Part shown: positions 15,750 through 25,569 of the stretch, one piece after another
Position numbering within the stretch: position 1 is the first letter of the stretch
How the letters are laid out: each line of letters begins with the position of its first letter
Source: Candidatus Sulfotelmatobacter sp.
GTDB taxonomy: Bacteria > Acidobacteriota > Terriglobia > Terriglobales > Acidobacteriaceae
Direction of reading: 5' to 3'
Length of the DNA stretch: 42,538 nt
Assembly: GCA_036521895.1 (NCBI GenBank)
Contig: DATDGW010000560.1
Location: 1 to 42,538 of the forward strand
Notes under the pieces: model-generated
Told to the model about the DNA's origin: nothing
Seen by the model: the letters and a program-made list of their open reading frames with translations, nothing else
Databases searched by the model: none
Program-made: the position numbers and the translations under genes

Positions 15750-18700
15750 ATGAGGGCCTGCTACGCGCTGCGGGTGGTCTTGCTAACGATTTTTGTCTCT
15801 TCTGCACTCGCTCAATCGGGAACCAGTTCGGTAGGCGGCATCGTGCTCGACAAATCGGGCGCGGCGGTGGCCGGTGCGAAGGTGACCATCTCCAATAATG
15901 GCCAGGCGCTGCAGCGCGAAACGCAAACCGACGACTCGGGTGGATACCGCTTTCTGGCCCTGCCGCCGGGAAACTACGCTCTGACCGTAGAAAAAGCCGG
16001 GTTCCGCAAGTTCCAGCAAACCGGTCTTGAGCTTTTGGTGAACGTTGCTGCCACCAGCAACGTAAAAATGGACGTGGGAAGCGCTTCGGAGAAGGTGGAA
16101 GTTTCGGCGCAGTCTGAAACGGTGAATACCACCGACGCCTCTCTGGGCAATGCCTTCAGCGAAGTGCAGGTAAAGCAACTGCCGCTAGAAAGCCGCAACG
16201 TTCCTGACCTGCTGAGCCTGCAAGCTGGAGTGCTCTATACCGGCGGCAATCCAGACATTGACACCACCAAGGATACGCGCAGTGGAGCAGTCAACGGTGC
16301 GCGAAGCGACCAAAGCAACGTGACCCTAGACGGCATTCCGGTGAATGACAAGGGCGCCGAGGCATTCACTTCTGTGCTACCGGTCACGCTGGACTCAGTG
16401 CAGGAATTTCGGGTCACGACCACGAATTACGGCGCCGATCAAGGAGTTTCGTCCGCTGCCCAGGTCGCACTCGTTACCAAGAGCGGCACGAATTCTTTTC
16501 ACGGCTCGCTTTACGAATACAATCGCAACTCTTATTTCAGTGCCAACGAGTACTTCATTAAGGCGTCGCAGATCGATAGCGGATTGCCCAACAAACCACC
16601 GCAACTCAACCGTAATATTTTCGGCGTGTCGGTCGGCGGTCCAATCCTCAAAGACCGTTTCTATTTCTTCGCGAATTTCGAAGGCTATCGCGATTCCGAA
16701 GCTATCAGCGAGGACCGAACCATCCCGACAGCGTCTTTCCGCAATGGTGTCGTCCAATACTACTGCCTTAACGGAAATACATCGACGTGCCCGGGCACTC
16801 CGGTCACTGTCAACGGGGTGACCTACACTCCTCCCGCAGGATACATGGCGCTTACTCCCGCGCAGATCACTGCGATGGATAGTCATAGCCTTGCTCCGCA
16901 ACCGGGGCCAAATTCCGTTGTGATGCAATACATGGCGACCTATCCACTGCCCAACGACTTCACTGTCGGTGACGGGCTTAACACCGCGGGATACCGTTTC
17001 CGGGCAGCCACTCACACGAAGAAGAACTGGTACGTCGTCAAACTGGATTACAACCTGACGGCGAACGGGCAGCACCGGTTGTCGCTCAGCGGGGCTCTGG
17101 CCAATGAAAACGCAGCGGGTGCGCCTTTCCTGCCCAGCACACCGCCGGAGGCGACTACAGTAAACTTCAACAAAGGCCTGATCGCCAGCTACTCCGCGGT
17201 CTTCTCGCCGACATTGCTGAACAACTTCCGTTACGGCTTCGTGCGGCAAAGTCTAGGCAACCTGGGAGACTCGAACGTGCCTTGGAATTATCTGAACTTC
17301 GACCAAGGCGTCACCCGCTCTTCTTCATTCCAGCGCCCGATCAACAACTTCACGGACGATCTATCCTGGGTGCACGGTAAACATACCTGGCAATTCGGCG
17401 TTCAGTTGGCCTTCCTGCGAAATCCGGAAAGCAATCTGAACAATTCCTTCAGCGCCGGCTTCGCCAATCAGGACTGGATGCTGAACTCCGGCATATCGCA
17501 ATCTACCAACACGGATCCGCTCAATCCACTAAACAACAAACTTCCAGGAGTGGACCCTTCGTTCGTTAGCAACTACGACAGTTCCATCGCGGGTCTGCTG
17601 GGAATGATCACGTTGGGAAATGCGGTTTACAACTACGACCGCAGCGGCGGCACGCTGGCTCCAGGGGCGCCAGTCGCACGTCGTTTCGCTGAAGATTCTT
17701 ACGAGATGTATGCCCAAGACACCTGGAAGGTGAAGCCGAATCTCACGTTGACTCTCGGCCTGAGATACTCACTGTTCTCTCCGCCTTGGGAAACGAATGG
17801 TTTGCAAGTCGGCACCAACATCAATCTCGGGAACTGGTTCAACGCGCGAGGCGCGGGCATGCAGCAGGGCATCCCCTCCAACGCCCAGCCGCTGATTTCG
17901 TACGATTGGGCCGGCCCCGCCAACGGCAAGCCCGGCTACTACGGCTGGGACCACAAGGACTTTGGTCCTAAAGTCGCCTTCGCCTGGTCTCCGAATTTTT
18001 CCGGTGGATGGCTGGAGAAGATCTTTGGGGCCACCGGTACCAGCAGCATTCGCGGCGGATTCGGGATGGTGTACGACCGCGCTGGAGAAAGCTTGGTCGA
18101 TACGTTCGATCAGAATGGGTCGTTCGGTCTGTCGACCCAGCTGAACAATCCGTCGGACCACGAAACCTCTGTGATCGCGCCGCGGCTCACCAGCATGAAC
18201 GCGATTCCGCAAAATGACTATCAGGGCACGCACATTATCGAACCGGCGCCCCCCGGTGGCTTCCCGCAACAGTATCCAGTGGGATTGGGCGCGATTAGCT
18301 GGGGCATCGATCCGAACCTGAAGACGCCGTATTCTTACACCTTGGATTTTGCAGTGAGCCGCCAGCTGAAATCGAATTTCAGCCTGGATCTCGCCTACGT
18401 GGGGCGGATGTCTCATCGCCTGCTGGCGCAGGACGATCTGGCCATGCCGCTCGACATCGTTGATAAGCAGTCAGGGCTCGATTACTTCACAGCGGAGAGA
18501 GGGCTGGCGCAGGTGTTCCGTCCGCAATTGCTGGCCGGGGTACCGAACCCAACCCAATCGTTCAATCCGAGTCAGGTTTCGGCCAAAGTGCAACAGTTCT
18601 GGAGCAATCAGATTCAACCGTTGGTCGCCGGAGGTGCTTATCCGCTGACTGGCTGCACCGGTGGAGCAAACCTAAGCACGCAGAATCCAGTGATCTTCGC

Positions 18701-19697
18701 GTTCGACACTTTCTGCGGGACGGCCTTCAACGACTCTCTGGCCCTCTACAACCTGGATTACAACGGTTTCACCGACGCTAACATTCCGAGCCAGACGTAC
18801 TTCACGTCGGGCGGACAGTATTCCTACTACGCCCAGCAATTCAGTTCGCTCTTTGCGTGGCGTTCGATGGCTTGGTCAAACTACAACGCTCTGCAGGCGA
18901 CCTTGCGCCATGCCATGTCGCATGGTGTCCAATTCGACCTGAACTACACCTATTCCAAGGCGATTGATATTTCGTCCGACGCGGAGCGGGTCGGCCCCGC
19001 CAGCAGCGGCAGCCTGCTGGGTTTGAATAACAACATCATCAACGCCTGGAATCCAGCGGCGCAAAAGGGCGTGGCATCGTTTGACGCGACACATCAGATC
19101 AACTCCAACTGGGTGGTGGAGCTCCCCTTCGGCCGCGGTCGGTTGCTGGGAAAAAATTCCAACCGTGCGCTCGACGCGATCATCGGCGGATGGCAGGTCT
19201 CCGGGGTCTTCCGCTGGACCAGCGGTTTCCCGGTCACCGTCGATAACGGCTTCAGCGCCTTCCCCACGAACTTCGAGATGGAGGGAAACGCCGACCAGGT
19301 TGGTCCCGTGAAGACCGGAGTGTATCTGAACACTCCCACGCAGACTGCCGGGGTGCTGAATCCTGGTCCTAATATCTTTGCGAACGGTGAGTTGGCCATC
19401 AATTCTTTTTCCTACGCATGGGCCGGCGAATCGGGTGCGCGCAACCCGATTCGGGGTGACGGCTATTTCGGAATTGACCTCGGCCTGGCCAAGCGCTGGA
19501 TCATGCCCTGGAGCGACAAACAGAGCCTGCAGTTCCGCTGGGAAGCATTCAACCTCACCAACACTGCGCGTTTCGACGCGCAATCAGCCTTGCTCTCGGA
19601 CTCGCTGGGACTGGGCAGCGCCAGCTCGTTCGGGAATTACTCGGGGTTGTTAAACAATCCTCGCATCATGCAATTCGCGCTCCGGTTCGAGTTCTGA
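15750..19697 (+). CDS. TonB-dependent receptor with N-terminal CarboxypepD_reg-like domain (large acidobacterial type)
   Basis: GAGGA lies 7 nt before ATG 15750. The signal peptide is MRACYALRVVLLTIFVSSALAQ. The CarboxypepD_reg fold reads GIVLDKSGAAVAGAKVTISN..GGYRFLALPPGNYALTVEKAGF, and a plug-like segment reads LPLESRNVPDLLSLQAGV. A long beta-barrel ends in the terminal aromatic ..MQFALRFEF. Confidence 0.9.
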   Translation: MRACYALRVVLLTIFVSSALAQSGTSSVGGIVLDKSGAAVAGAKVTISNNGQALQRETQTDDSGGYRFLALPPGNYALTVEKAGFRKFQQTGLELLVNVAATSNVKMDVGSASEKVEVSAQSETVNTTDASLGNAFSEVQVKQLPLESRNVPDLLSLQAGVLYTGGNPDIDTTKDTRSGAVNGARSDQSNVTLDGIPVNDKGAEAFTSVLPVTLDSVQEFRVTTTNYGADQGVSSAAQVALVTKSGTNSFHGSLYEYNRNSYFSANEYFIKASQIDSGLPNKPPQLNRNIFGVSVGGPILKDRFYFFANFEGYRDSEAISEDRTIPTASFRNGVVQYYCLNGNTSTCPGTPVTVNGVTYTPPAGYMALTPAQITAMDSHSLAPQPGPNSVVMQYMATYPLPNDFTVGDGLNTAGYRFRAATHTKKNWYVVKLDYNLTANGQHRLSLSGALANENAAGAPFLPSTPPEATTVNFNKGLIASYSAVFSPTLLNNFRYGFVRQSLGNLGDSNVPWNYLNFDQGVTRSSSFQRPINNFTDDLSWVHGKHTWQFGVQLAFLRNPESNLNNSFSAGFANQDWMLNSGISQSTNTDPLNPLNNKLPGVDPSFVSNYDSSIAGLLGMITLGNAVYNYDRSGGTLAPGAPVARRFAEDSYEMYAQDTWKVKPNLTLTLGLRYSLFSPPWETNGLQVGTNINLGNWFNARGAGMQQGIPSNAQPLISYDWAGPANGKPGYYGWDHKDFGPKVAFAWSPNFSGGWLEKIFGATGTSSIRGGFGMVYDRAGESLVDTFDQNGSFGLSTQLNNPSDHETSVIAPRLTSMNAIPQNDYQGTHIIEPAPPGGFPQQYPVGLGAISWGIDPNLKTPYSYTLDFAVSRQLKSNFSLDLAYVGRMSHRLLAQDDLAMPLDIVDKQSGLDYFTAERGLAQVFRPQLLAGVPNPTQSFNPSQVSAKVQQFWSNQIQPLVAGGAYPLTGCTGGANLSTQNPVIFAFDTFCGTAFNDSLALYNLDYNGFTDANIPSQTYFTSGGQYSYYAQQFSSLFAWRSMAWSNYNALQATLRHAMSHGVQFDLNYTYSKAIDISSDAERVGPASSGSLLGLNNNIINAWNPAAQKGVASFDATHQINSNWVVELPFGRGRLLGKNSNRALDAIIGGWQVSGVFRWTSGFPVTVDNGFSAFPTNFEMEGNADQVGPVKTGVYLNTPTQTAGVLNPGPNIFANGELAINSFSYAWAGESGARNPIRGDGYFGIDLGLAKRWIMPWSDKQSLQFRWEAFNLTNTARFDAQSALLSDSLGLGSASSFGNYSGLLNNPRIMQFALRFEF

Positions 19698-19713
19698 GGA
19701 GGGACGGCTCGTT

Positions 19714-20877
19714 TCACTTGATGCTTTCGGGCGCCGGAACGTCGACCCAGCCGCGCGTGCGATGGCTTCGCATTTCGGCATCGAGGATCCTCAACTGCCG
19801 CAACCCATCGGCGAACTGCGGATACTCGAGCGCTACGCCGGTTGCACCAATGGAAGAGTAGAAGCGCCGGAAGACTTGCTTGAATGTGTCGTCGTAACCC
19901 TCGCTGTGGCCGCCAGGCAGGTCGGCGAACCCGCGCGCCGCGGGTTTCAGCAGTGAAGGATCCTTGATGAAAATCCGGTTGCCGTCATCGCGGTGACCGG
20001 ACCAGAGTTCGTCGGGCCGCTCCTGGTCCCACGCGACGGAAGAACGCGTGCCATAGACTTCAATGCTGAGACGGTTCTTGCGTCCAGCGGAGACCTGGCT
20101 GGCCGTGACGCAGCCTCGCGTACGTGTTCCCATGCGAAAGATCACGGCTCCGAAGTCTTCCGTATCGACCGGCGTCTCAATGTAGTCTTCCGGGCCCAGC
20201 AGTTTGTTCGCGAAGGTTTCGACGGAATGCTTGGGCTGCTTTCGCGTGGGATGGAAGGTCTGAAGATCGGCACAGAGCGACTTCACGCGCAGGCCAGTGA
20301 TGTGCTCGGCCATATCAAACCAGTGCGAGCCGATATCCGCCATGCAACGCGAGGGGCCTCCGGCCTTGGTCTCGACGCGCCAGTTCCAATCTGTGTCGTA
20401 CAGCAGCCAGTCTTGGGAATAGGTGCCCTGGACAACCAGAATGTCACCCAGATCTCCAGCTTCGCGCATCGCGCGCATCTGCTGCACCACAGGGTAGTAG
20501 CGCAAGTTGTGGCAGACGCAATTCCGCAATCCCAGCTTCGCGGCCAGTGAAACCAGCTCTCCGCCTTCTTCCACGCTCGTGGCCAGCGGTTTTTCGCAGA
20601 GCACGTGCTTGCCTGCGTTGAGGGCATCCTTCGCCATGGAGAAATGCTGCGCGTTGGGCGTGCAAATGTGGACTGCGTCGATGGCCGGATCTCGCAGGAT
20701 CTCGCGGTAGTCGGTGGTAATGGTGGGGACGGAAAAGCCCGTGCCGAGTCTTCGCGCTGCGTCGGCACTTCTGCCCGCGATCGCAGCCGCCTCGACGGAT
20801 TCCGTCCGCCGCACCGCCTCAAGATGTACGCGGCCCATAAAGCCGGTGCCGAAAATCGCTGTTTTGATCTGCTTCAT
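19714..20877 (-). CDS. Gfo/Idh/MocA family NAD(P)-dependent oxidoreductase (ThuB-like)
   Basis: The N-terminal Rossmann motif is KTAIFGTGFMGRVH and the family motif is EKPLA. Length is 387 aa and there is no signal peptide. Confidence 0.9.
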   Translation of the reverse strand: MKQIKTAIFGTGFMGRVHLEAVRRTESVEAAAIAGRSADAARRLGTGFSVPTITTDYREILRDPAIDAVHICTPNAQHFSMAKDALNAGKHVLCEKPLATSVEEGGELVSLAAKLGLRNCVCHNLRYYPVVQQMRAMREAGDLGDILVVQGTYSQDWLLYDTDWNWRVETKAGGPSRCMADIGSHWFDMAEHITGLRVKSLCADLQTFHPTRKQPKHSVETFANKLLGPEDYIETPVDTEDFGAVIFRMGTRTRGCVTASQVSAGRKNRLSIEVYGTRSSVAWDQERPDELWSGHRDDGNRIFIKDPSLLKPAARGFADLPGGHSEGYDDTFKQVFRRFYSSIGATGVALEYPQFADGLRQLRILDAEMRSHRTRGWVDVPAPESIK

Positions 20878-20927
20878 CGTGGTTTCTCTCGCTCCCAGTC
20901 GGTCAAGACGACGCTAAGCCATTCAAG

Positions 20928-21887
20928 CTAGGTCCACCAGGCAGCACCCGGCTTTTCGCGGATGACGATCCCGTTTAGAAAAATGGCCGCTTTGGTCAAT
21001 CCCTCCTCTGGGGAGAGCAGACTGTCCTCGTGCTCGATGGAAACAACGTAATCGTAGCTAAACATGCGCAAGGTAGAAATCAGCTCGCTCCAGAACTCGA
21101 CACCGTGCCCGTAGCCGCAAGTACGGAAGATCCATGCGCGGTCACGCTCTTGCGTGTAGGGTTTGGTGTCGAGCACGCCCGTGCGCGGAAGGTTGCTGGC
21201 GTACATCTGAGTGTCTTTTGCGTGAACGTGGAAGATAGCTTCCTGAAGCACACGCACGGCGGCGATGGGGTCGATGCTCTGCCAGAAGAGATGGCTTGGA
21301 TCGTAGTTGCATCCCACATTCGGTCCAGCAATGGAGCGTAGCCGCAACATCGTCTCAGGGTTATACACGACGAACCCGGGATGCATCTCGACCGCAATCT
21401 TCACGCCGTGGTCGGCGGCGAACTTCGCGTGCTCGATCCAATAGGGCGCGACTACTTCACTCCACTGCCAGTCAAGCACCTTGAGGTAGTCGGGCGGCCA
21501 TGGGCACGTGACCCAGTTGGGAGCCGTAGCATTGGGCGAGTCGCCTGGACATCCGGAAAAATCGACCGTGATGGGGACGCCGAGCTTCTCGGCCAGCAGA
21601 ATCGTCTTACGGCTCACTTCACGATCCTGCCTCGCGCGGTCCTTATCGGGATGCAGTGGGTTGCCGTGACAACTCAGCGCGCTGATCTTCGTGCCGTGAT
21701 CCGCCAGAACCCTCTGAAACTCCACAAGGGCGGCGGGATTTTCGAGCATCGAGAGTTTGCAGTGTGCATCGCCCACGTAGTTCCCCGTGCCCAGTTCGAC
21801 GGTATCAATATGGAGTGCAGCGAGTTTCTTGAGGACGACCGTCAGCGGCAGTTGCGACAGCAGAGGAGTAAAGACCCCAACGCGCAT
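20928..21887 (-). CDS. sugar phosphate isomerase/epimerase (xylose isomerase-like TIM barrel)
   Basis: 319 aa with TVELG, VEMHPG, HVHAKD and IEHED-type metal-ligand segments typical of the AP_endonuc_2 / xylose-isomerase-like fold. It lies 50 nt upstream of the oxidoreductase on the same strand. Confidence 0.85.
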   Translation of the reverse strand: MRVGVFTPLLSQLPLTVVLKKLAALHIDTVELGTGNYVGDAHCKLSMLENPAALVEFQRVLADHGTKISALSCHGNPLHPDKDRARQDREVSRKTILLAEKLGVPITVDFSGCPGDSPNATAPNWVTCPWPPDYLKVLDWQWSEVVAPYWIEHAKFAADHGVKIAVEMHPGFVVYNPETMLRLRSIAGPNVGCNYDPSHLFWQSIDPIAAVRVLQEAIFHVHAKDTQMYASNLPRTGVLDTKPYTQERDRAWIFRTCGYGHGVEFWSELISTLRMFSYDYVVSIEHEDSLLSPEEGLTKAAIFLNGIVIREKPGAAWWT

Positions 21888-21970
21888 ACCTGTTCTCTCC
21901 TGAAATCGACCGGCAACATTCTATCGCAGACGCCTTATGTTACCTTTTAGATCGACTGGACTCGGCTTTC

Positions 21971-22894
21971 ATGCCCAGACAGTCTCACGAAACGAATTTG
22001 TTGGAGGGAGATCGCTTGCGTCCAGCTCGAATCGCTTCCATCCTCATTCTGTTTTTGCCTGTGCTGATAGCCGCGCAGAATCAGGCGGCCGTGGATCCCT
22101 CGCTCCCGCCTCCACCGCATGAGAAGCAGGTGCGTCTCAAGCACGTGCTGGTAATCGGTCAGACCAAAGGATTTGAGCACGACTCGGTTTCCGATGGGAT
22201 GGTTGCCATCTACAACCTGGGCCGTGAAAGCGGCATCTGGGATGCCACCCTACGCACGGATGTCGAGCTGATCACGAAAAAGGATCTGGGAAGAAACGCG
22301 AAGAATCTCAATTACTTCGATGCCCTGGTCTTTGTGAGCACGACGGGCGAGCTTGACCTCGACGACGGCCAGAAGGCCGATATGATGTCGTTCATCCAAG
22401 ACGATGGAAAGGGCTTTGTCGGGGTTCACGCTGCGCTCGATACCAACTACAAATGGCCAGAATACGGGGAAATGATCGGCGGATGGTTCGATCAGCATCC
22501 GTGGTCCACGTTCAACGCCCCGATCGTCAACGAAGACCAGACCTTTCCCGCAGTGCGCCATTTTCCCAAAGCATTTCTGAAGTACGATGAAATCTATCAG
22601 CCGAAGGAATGGTCGCGCGATAAGGTCAATGTGCTGCTCAGTCTCGATCCGTCGAAGCTGAACTATGCCAACAACCCGCGCATCCACCGAACCGATCATG
22701 ATTTCGCAGTGGCTTGGGACAAAATGTATGGCAAAGGGCGCGTTTTCTATTCGACTCTTGGCCACACGGAGGAAGCGTGGAGTGACCCGGATATCCGCAA
22801 GATGTATTTTGAAGCGATCAAGTGGGTGCTGGGCATGACCGAAGGAAGCACAACATCTCATCCGCGGCGGCAACCGTCGGCTGACCAGCACTGA
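21971..22894 (+). CDS. exported ThuA-domain protein
   Basis: The signal peptide is IASILILFLPVLIAAQNQAA. ThuA hallmarks are GFEHDS, GKGFVGVHAA, WPEY..IGGWF..HP and YGKGRVFYSTLGH. Confidence 0.85.
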   Translation: MPRQSHETNLLEGDRLRPARIASILILFLPVLIAAQNQAAVDPSLPPPPHEKQVRLKHVLVIGQTKGFEHDSVSDGMVAIYNLGRESGIWDATLRTDVELITKKDLGRNAKNLNYFDALVFVSTTGELDLDDGQKADMMSFIQDDGKGFVGVHAALDTNYKWPEYGEMIGGWFDQHPWSTFNAPIVNEDQTFPAVRHFPKAFLKYDEIYQPKEWSRDKVNVLLSLDPSKLNYANNPRIHRTDHDFAVAWDKMYGKGRVFYSTLGHTEEAWSDPDIRKMYFEAIKWVLGMTEGSTTSHPRRQPSADQH

Positions 22895-22901
22895 GGCCCA
22901 G

Positions 22902-23738
22902 ATGAGCTTTCGACATTCAACTCAACATAGTTCCACTCTAGCGGTGTTGCTCGTGAGCGCTGCGGTTTGCGCGGCGCAAGCCCCGGCCAACAGCAAGCCA
23001 GTCAACGGGGTCGAGCAAATCGCGGCCGCGGCGAAAGCGTACTCACCAGATCTGGTGCAGCAAGGGAGGGCCCTGTTCCGCAAGGATTGCTCTTTTTGCC
23101 ACGGGCGCGATGCCGGCGGCGGAGAGAGCGGCCCAGACCTGACGCGCTCAAAGCTGGTGACTGCCGACATTGATGGAGACAAGATCGCGCCGGTCGTGCG
23201 CAATGGACGGCCCGACAAAGGTATGCCGCCCTTTGATCGTTCGGATCAGGAAATTGCCAGTCTCGTGGCCTTTATCCACACTCAGCAAAACAATGCGCTC
23301 GCGAGCGGCGGACGCAAAAGTGGTGGACGGAAGGGTGTGGATGCATCGGATCTGCAGACCGGAAACGCCGACGCTGGCAAGCGCTACTTCGAGGGCGCGG
23401 GCGGATGTGCAGGGTGCCATTCGCCAACCGGCGACCTTGCGGGAATCGCATCGCGTTACACCGGTCTTGAACTCGAGGAGCAGATGCTGTATCCGAAGCA
23501 CGCGAAATCGAAGGTCTCAGTTACCCCTGCTTCTGGTCAAACCATCACCGGCACTTTGGGATATCTCGATGAGTTTACCGTTGGCCTTATCGATTCCACG
23601 GGTACCTATCGATCGTGGCGGACTCGCGATGTGCAATACAAAGTGGACGCGGCTCTCGATGCTCATGTGGAACAGTTCCCGAAATACACCGATGCCGATG
23701 TCCACAATCTGATGGCGTATTTGCAAACTTTGCGCTAG
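22902..23738 (+). CDS. exported dihaem c-type cytochrome
   Basis: The signal peptide is TLAVLLVSAAVCAAQA. There are two CxxCH sites (CSFCH and CAGCH). The gene starts 7 nt after the ThuA-like gene. Confidence 0.85.
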   Translation: MSFRHSTQHSSTLAVLLVSAAVCAAQAPANSKPVNGVEQIAAAAKAYSPDLVQQGRALFRKDCSFCHGRDAGGGESGPDLTRSKLVTADIDGDKIAPVVRNGRPDKGMPPFDRSDQEIASLVAFIHTQQNNALASGGRKSGGRKGVDASDLQTGNADAGKRYFEGAGGCAGCHSPTGDLAGIASRYTGLELEEQMLYPKHAKSKVSVTPASGQTITGTLGYLDEFTVGLIDSTGTYRSWRTRDVQYKVDAALDAHVEQFPKYTDADVHNLMAYLQTLR

Positions 23739-23784
23739 CGCGAAACTCTGTTTCTGGTGAGAAGTCTGGGGGATATCTTTCGAT

Positions 23785-25341
23785 ATGAATTTTGCGAGAC
23801 GTGCCTGTTTAGTTGCCGTGAGCGCCCTGGTCGCGCTCGCGTGGTCTGGTGTGGTACTGGCGCAAGGGGCGGATGAGCAAATGCTTCTGCATCCGCCGGC
23901 CGACAGTTGGCCGGGGTACCACGGGGACTATTCCGGCAGACGGCACAGTTCACTGAATCAGATCACGCCGCAGAACGTAGGTGCTCTCACTCTGGCCTGG
24001 GCTTTTCAGACGAATCAGGGTTCGCCCATCAAGTCTTCGCCGTTGCTGGTCGATGGCATTCTCTACTTCACTGTTCCCGACAATATTTGGGCCGTAGACG
24101 CGCGCTCTGGTCACCTGATCTGGCGCTACAACAAACCGACGACCCAAGGTGAGCACATCGGGAATCGCGGCGTAGCGATATACAAAGGTTCTCTCTTCTT
24201 CTCGGCACCCGATGCACACCTGGTATCGCTCAACGCGAAAGACGGAACCGTCCGTTGGAAAGTTGAGGTTGGAGACGTCACGAAGGGATATTGGACCAGC
24301 ATGGCACCTCTCATTGTGGGAAACCATGTGCTCATCGGGGTCTCCGGCGACTTTGATAATTTGAGCGGTTATCTGCGGTCGATTGATCCGGAAACGGGCG
24401 CAACGCAGTGGCAGTGGGATTCCACGCCTCCAGCTGGAAGGCCGAATCAAACGACCGGCGGTATGACGTGGATGACAGGCACGTATGATCCCGCTCTCAA
24501 TCTTGTGTACTGGGGAACGGGAAATCCGACTCCTGTGCTGAACGGCTCAACCCGGCCCGGCGACGATCTCTATACGTGTTCCATCGTTGCGCTCAATCCC
24601 GATACAGGCAAACTCGTTTGGTCTTTCCAGCCCTCGCCGCACGACACGCACGACTGGGATGCGGTGGAGACTCCAGTACTGGTGGATGGAGATTTTCACG
24701 GCGAGCGGAAGAAGATGTTGATGCAGAGTTCGCGGAACGGCTACTTCTTTGTTCTCGACCGCACCAATGGGAAGAACCTGTTGACCGTTCCTTTCGGGCC
24801 GGTGAACTGGACCCTCGGAGTGGATAGGCAAGGTCGCCCGATTCCAAATCCTGCCAAGGAGCCGGCTCCCGATGGACGGCTCATTGCGCCCGACGAGGGT
24901 GGCATGACCAACTACCGTTCCCCCAGCTTCGACCCCAAGAATGGCTTATTTATTGTCAGCGCCCATCCCAGCTGGAGCCTTTACTTCGCCAAGCCGGCCG
25001 ACGGAGTCTACGGATGGGCGGGCGCGGACTATGACGTCTGGGGCCAGGGCGTGATCGATGCCATCGACTACCAGACGGGCAAGATACGCTGGAGCCATGA
25101 ACTTGGGCCCGAGGGGTCGGGCTCGGGGGTGTTGACGACGGACTCTGGTCTCACCTTCACCGGCGATGCGATGGGCAACTTCCTGGCGTTGGATTCGAGC
25201 GACGGCAAGACGCTTTGGCACGCAGGTTCAGGCTCGCATATTGTGAGTTCACCGATTACCTACGAACTCGACGGGCGTCAGTTCGTGCTGTCCAGCAGCG
25301 GCAGCGTGCTGTTTGCGTGGGCGCTCCCGCAAGGGCACTAA
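23785..25341 (+). CDS. exported PQQ-binding beta-propeller dehydrogenase (quinoprotein family)
   Basis: The signal peptide is ACLVAVSALVALAWSGVVLAQGA. Quinoprotein N-terminal motifs are W..YHGDYSGRRHSSLNQI and SSPLLVDGILYF. Repeated W-docking propeller blades follow. Confidence 0.85.
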   Translation: MNFARRACLVAVSALVALAWSGVVLAQGADEQMLLHPPADSWPGYHGDYSGRRHSSLNQITPQNVGALTLAWAFQTNQGSPIKSSPLLVDGILYFTVPDNIWAVDARSGHLIWRYNKPTTQGEHIGNRGVAIYKGSLFFSAPDAHLVSLNAKDGTVRWKVEVGDVTKGYWTSMAPLIVGNHVLIGVSGDFDNLSGYLRSIDPETGATQWQWDSTPPAGRPNQTTGGMTWMTGTYDPALNLVYWGTGNPTPVLNGSTRPGDDLYTCSIVALNPDTGKLVWSFQPSPHDTHDWDAVETPVLVDGDFHGERKKMLMQSSRNGYFFVLDRTNGKNLLTVPFGPVNWTLGVDRQGRPIPNPAKEPAPDGRLIAPDEGGMTNYRSPSFDPKNGLFIVSAHPSWSLYFAKPADGVYGWAGADYDVWGQGVIDAIDYQTGKIRWSHELGPEGSGSGVLTTDSGLTFTGDAMGNFLALDSSDGKTLWHAGSGSHIVSSPITYELDGRQFVLSSSGSVLFAWALPQGH

Positions 25342-25350
25342 AGCTCTCCA

Positions 25351-25375
25351 AAGCAAGTCTTTGAAAGACATGCTT
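25351..25375 (+). terminator. imperfect hairpin just after the quinoprotein stop, weak terminator candidate
   Basis: AAGCAAGTCTTT / AAAGACATGCTT forms a 12-bp stem with one mismatch, followed by TCCTCACTT, which is only weakly U-rich. Confidence 0.3.
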
Positions 25376-25569
25376 TCCTCACTTGGGGAAGCAAATCGCC
25401 GAATTGGTCACTCCGCGGCGGTTTCTCGCCGCGCCGAACGTAAAAGACCGATACGAACTCTGAATCCTTTTTACGGGTGCTGAAATCTATTGCGGATAAC
25501 TGCGCGTGCTGTGTCCGACCGCCGCCTGACAACAACCAATTGTTTTTGTTCCAGATTTGGGAGAACTGT

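Noticed and set aside
25216-25231. TGGCACG-CAGG-TTCAG on the plus strand.
   Set aside because: It lacks the invariant -12 GC and sits inside the quinoprotein coding sequence 120 nt before its stop.
25414-25433. Perfect GC hairpin CGCGGCG-gtttct-CGCCGCG between the quinoprotein and RND operons.
   Set aside because: There is no U-tract on either strand, so it is not a convincing intrinsic terminator. It is kept only as a note.
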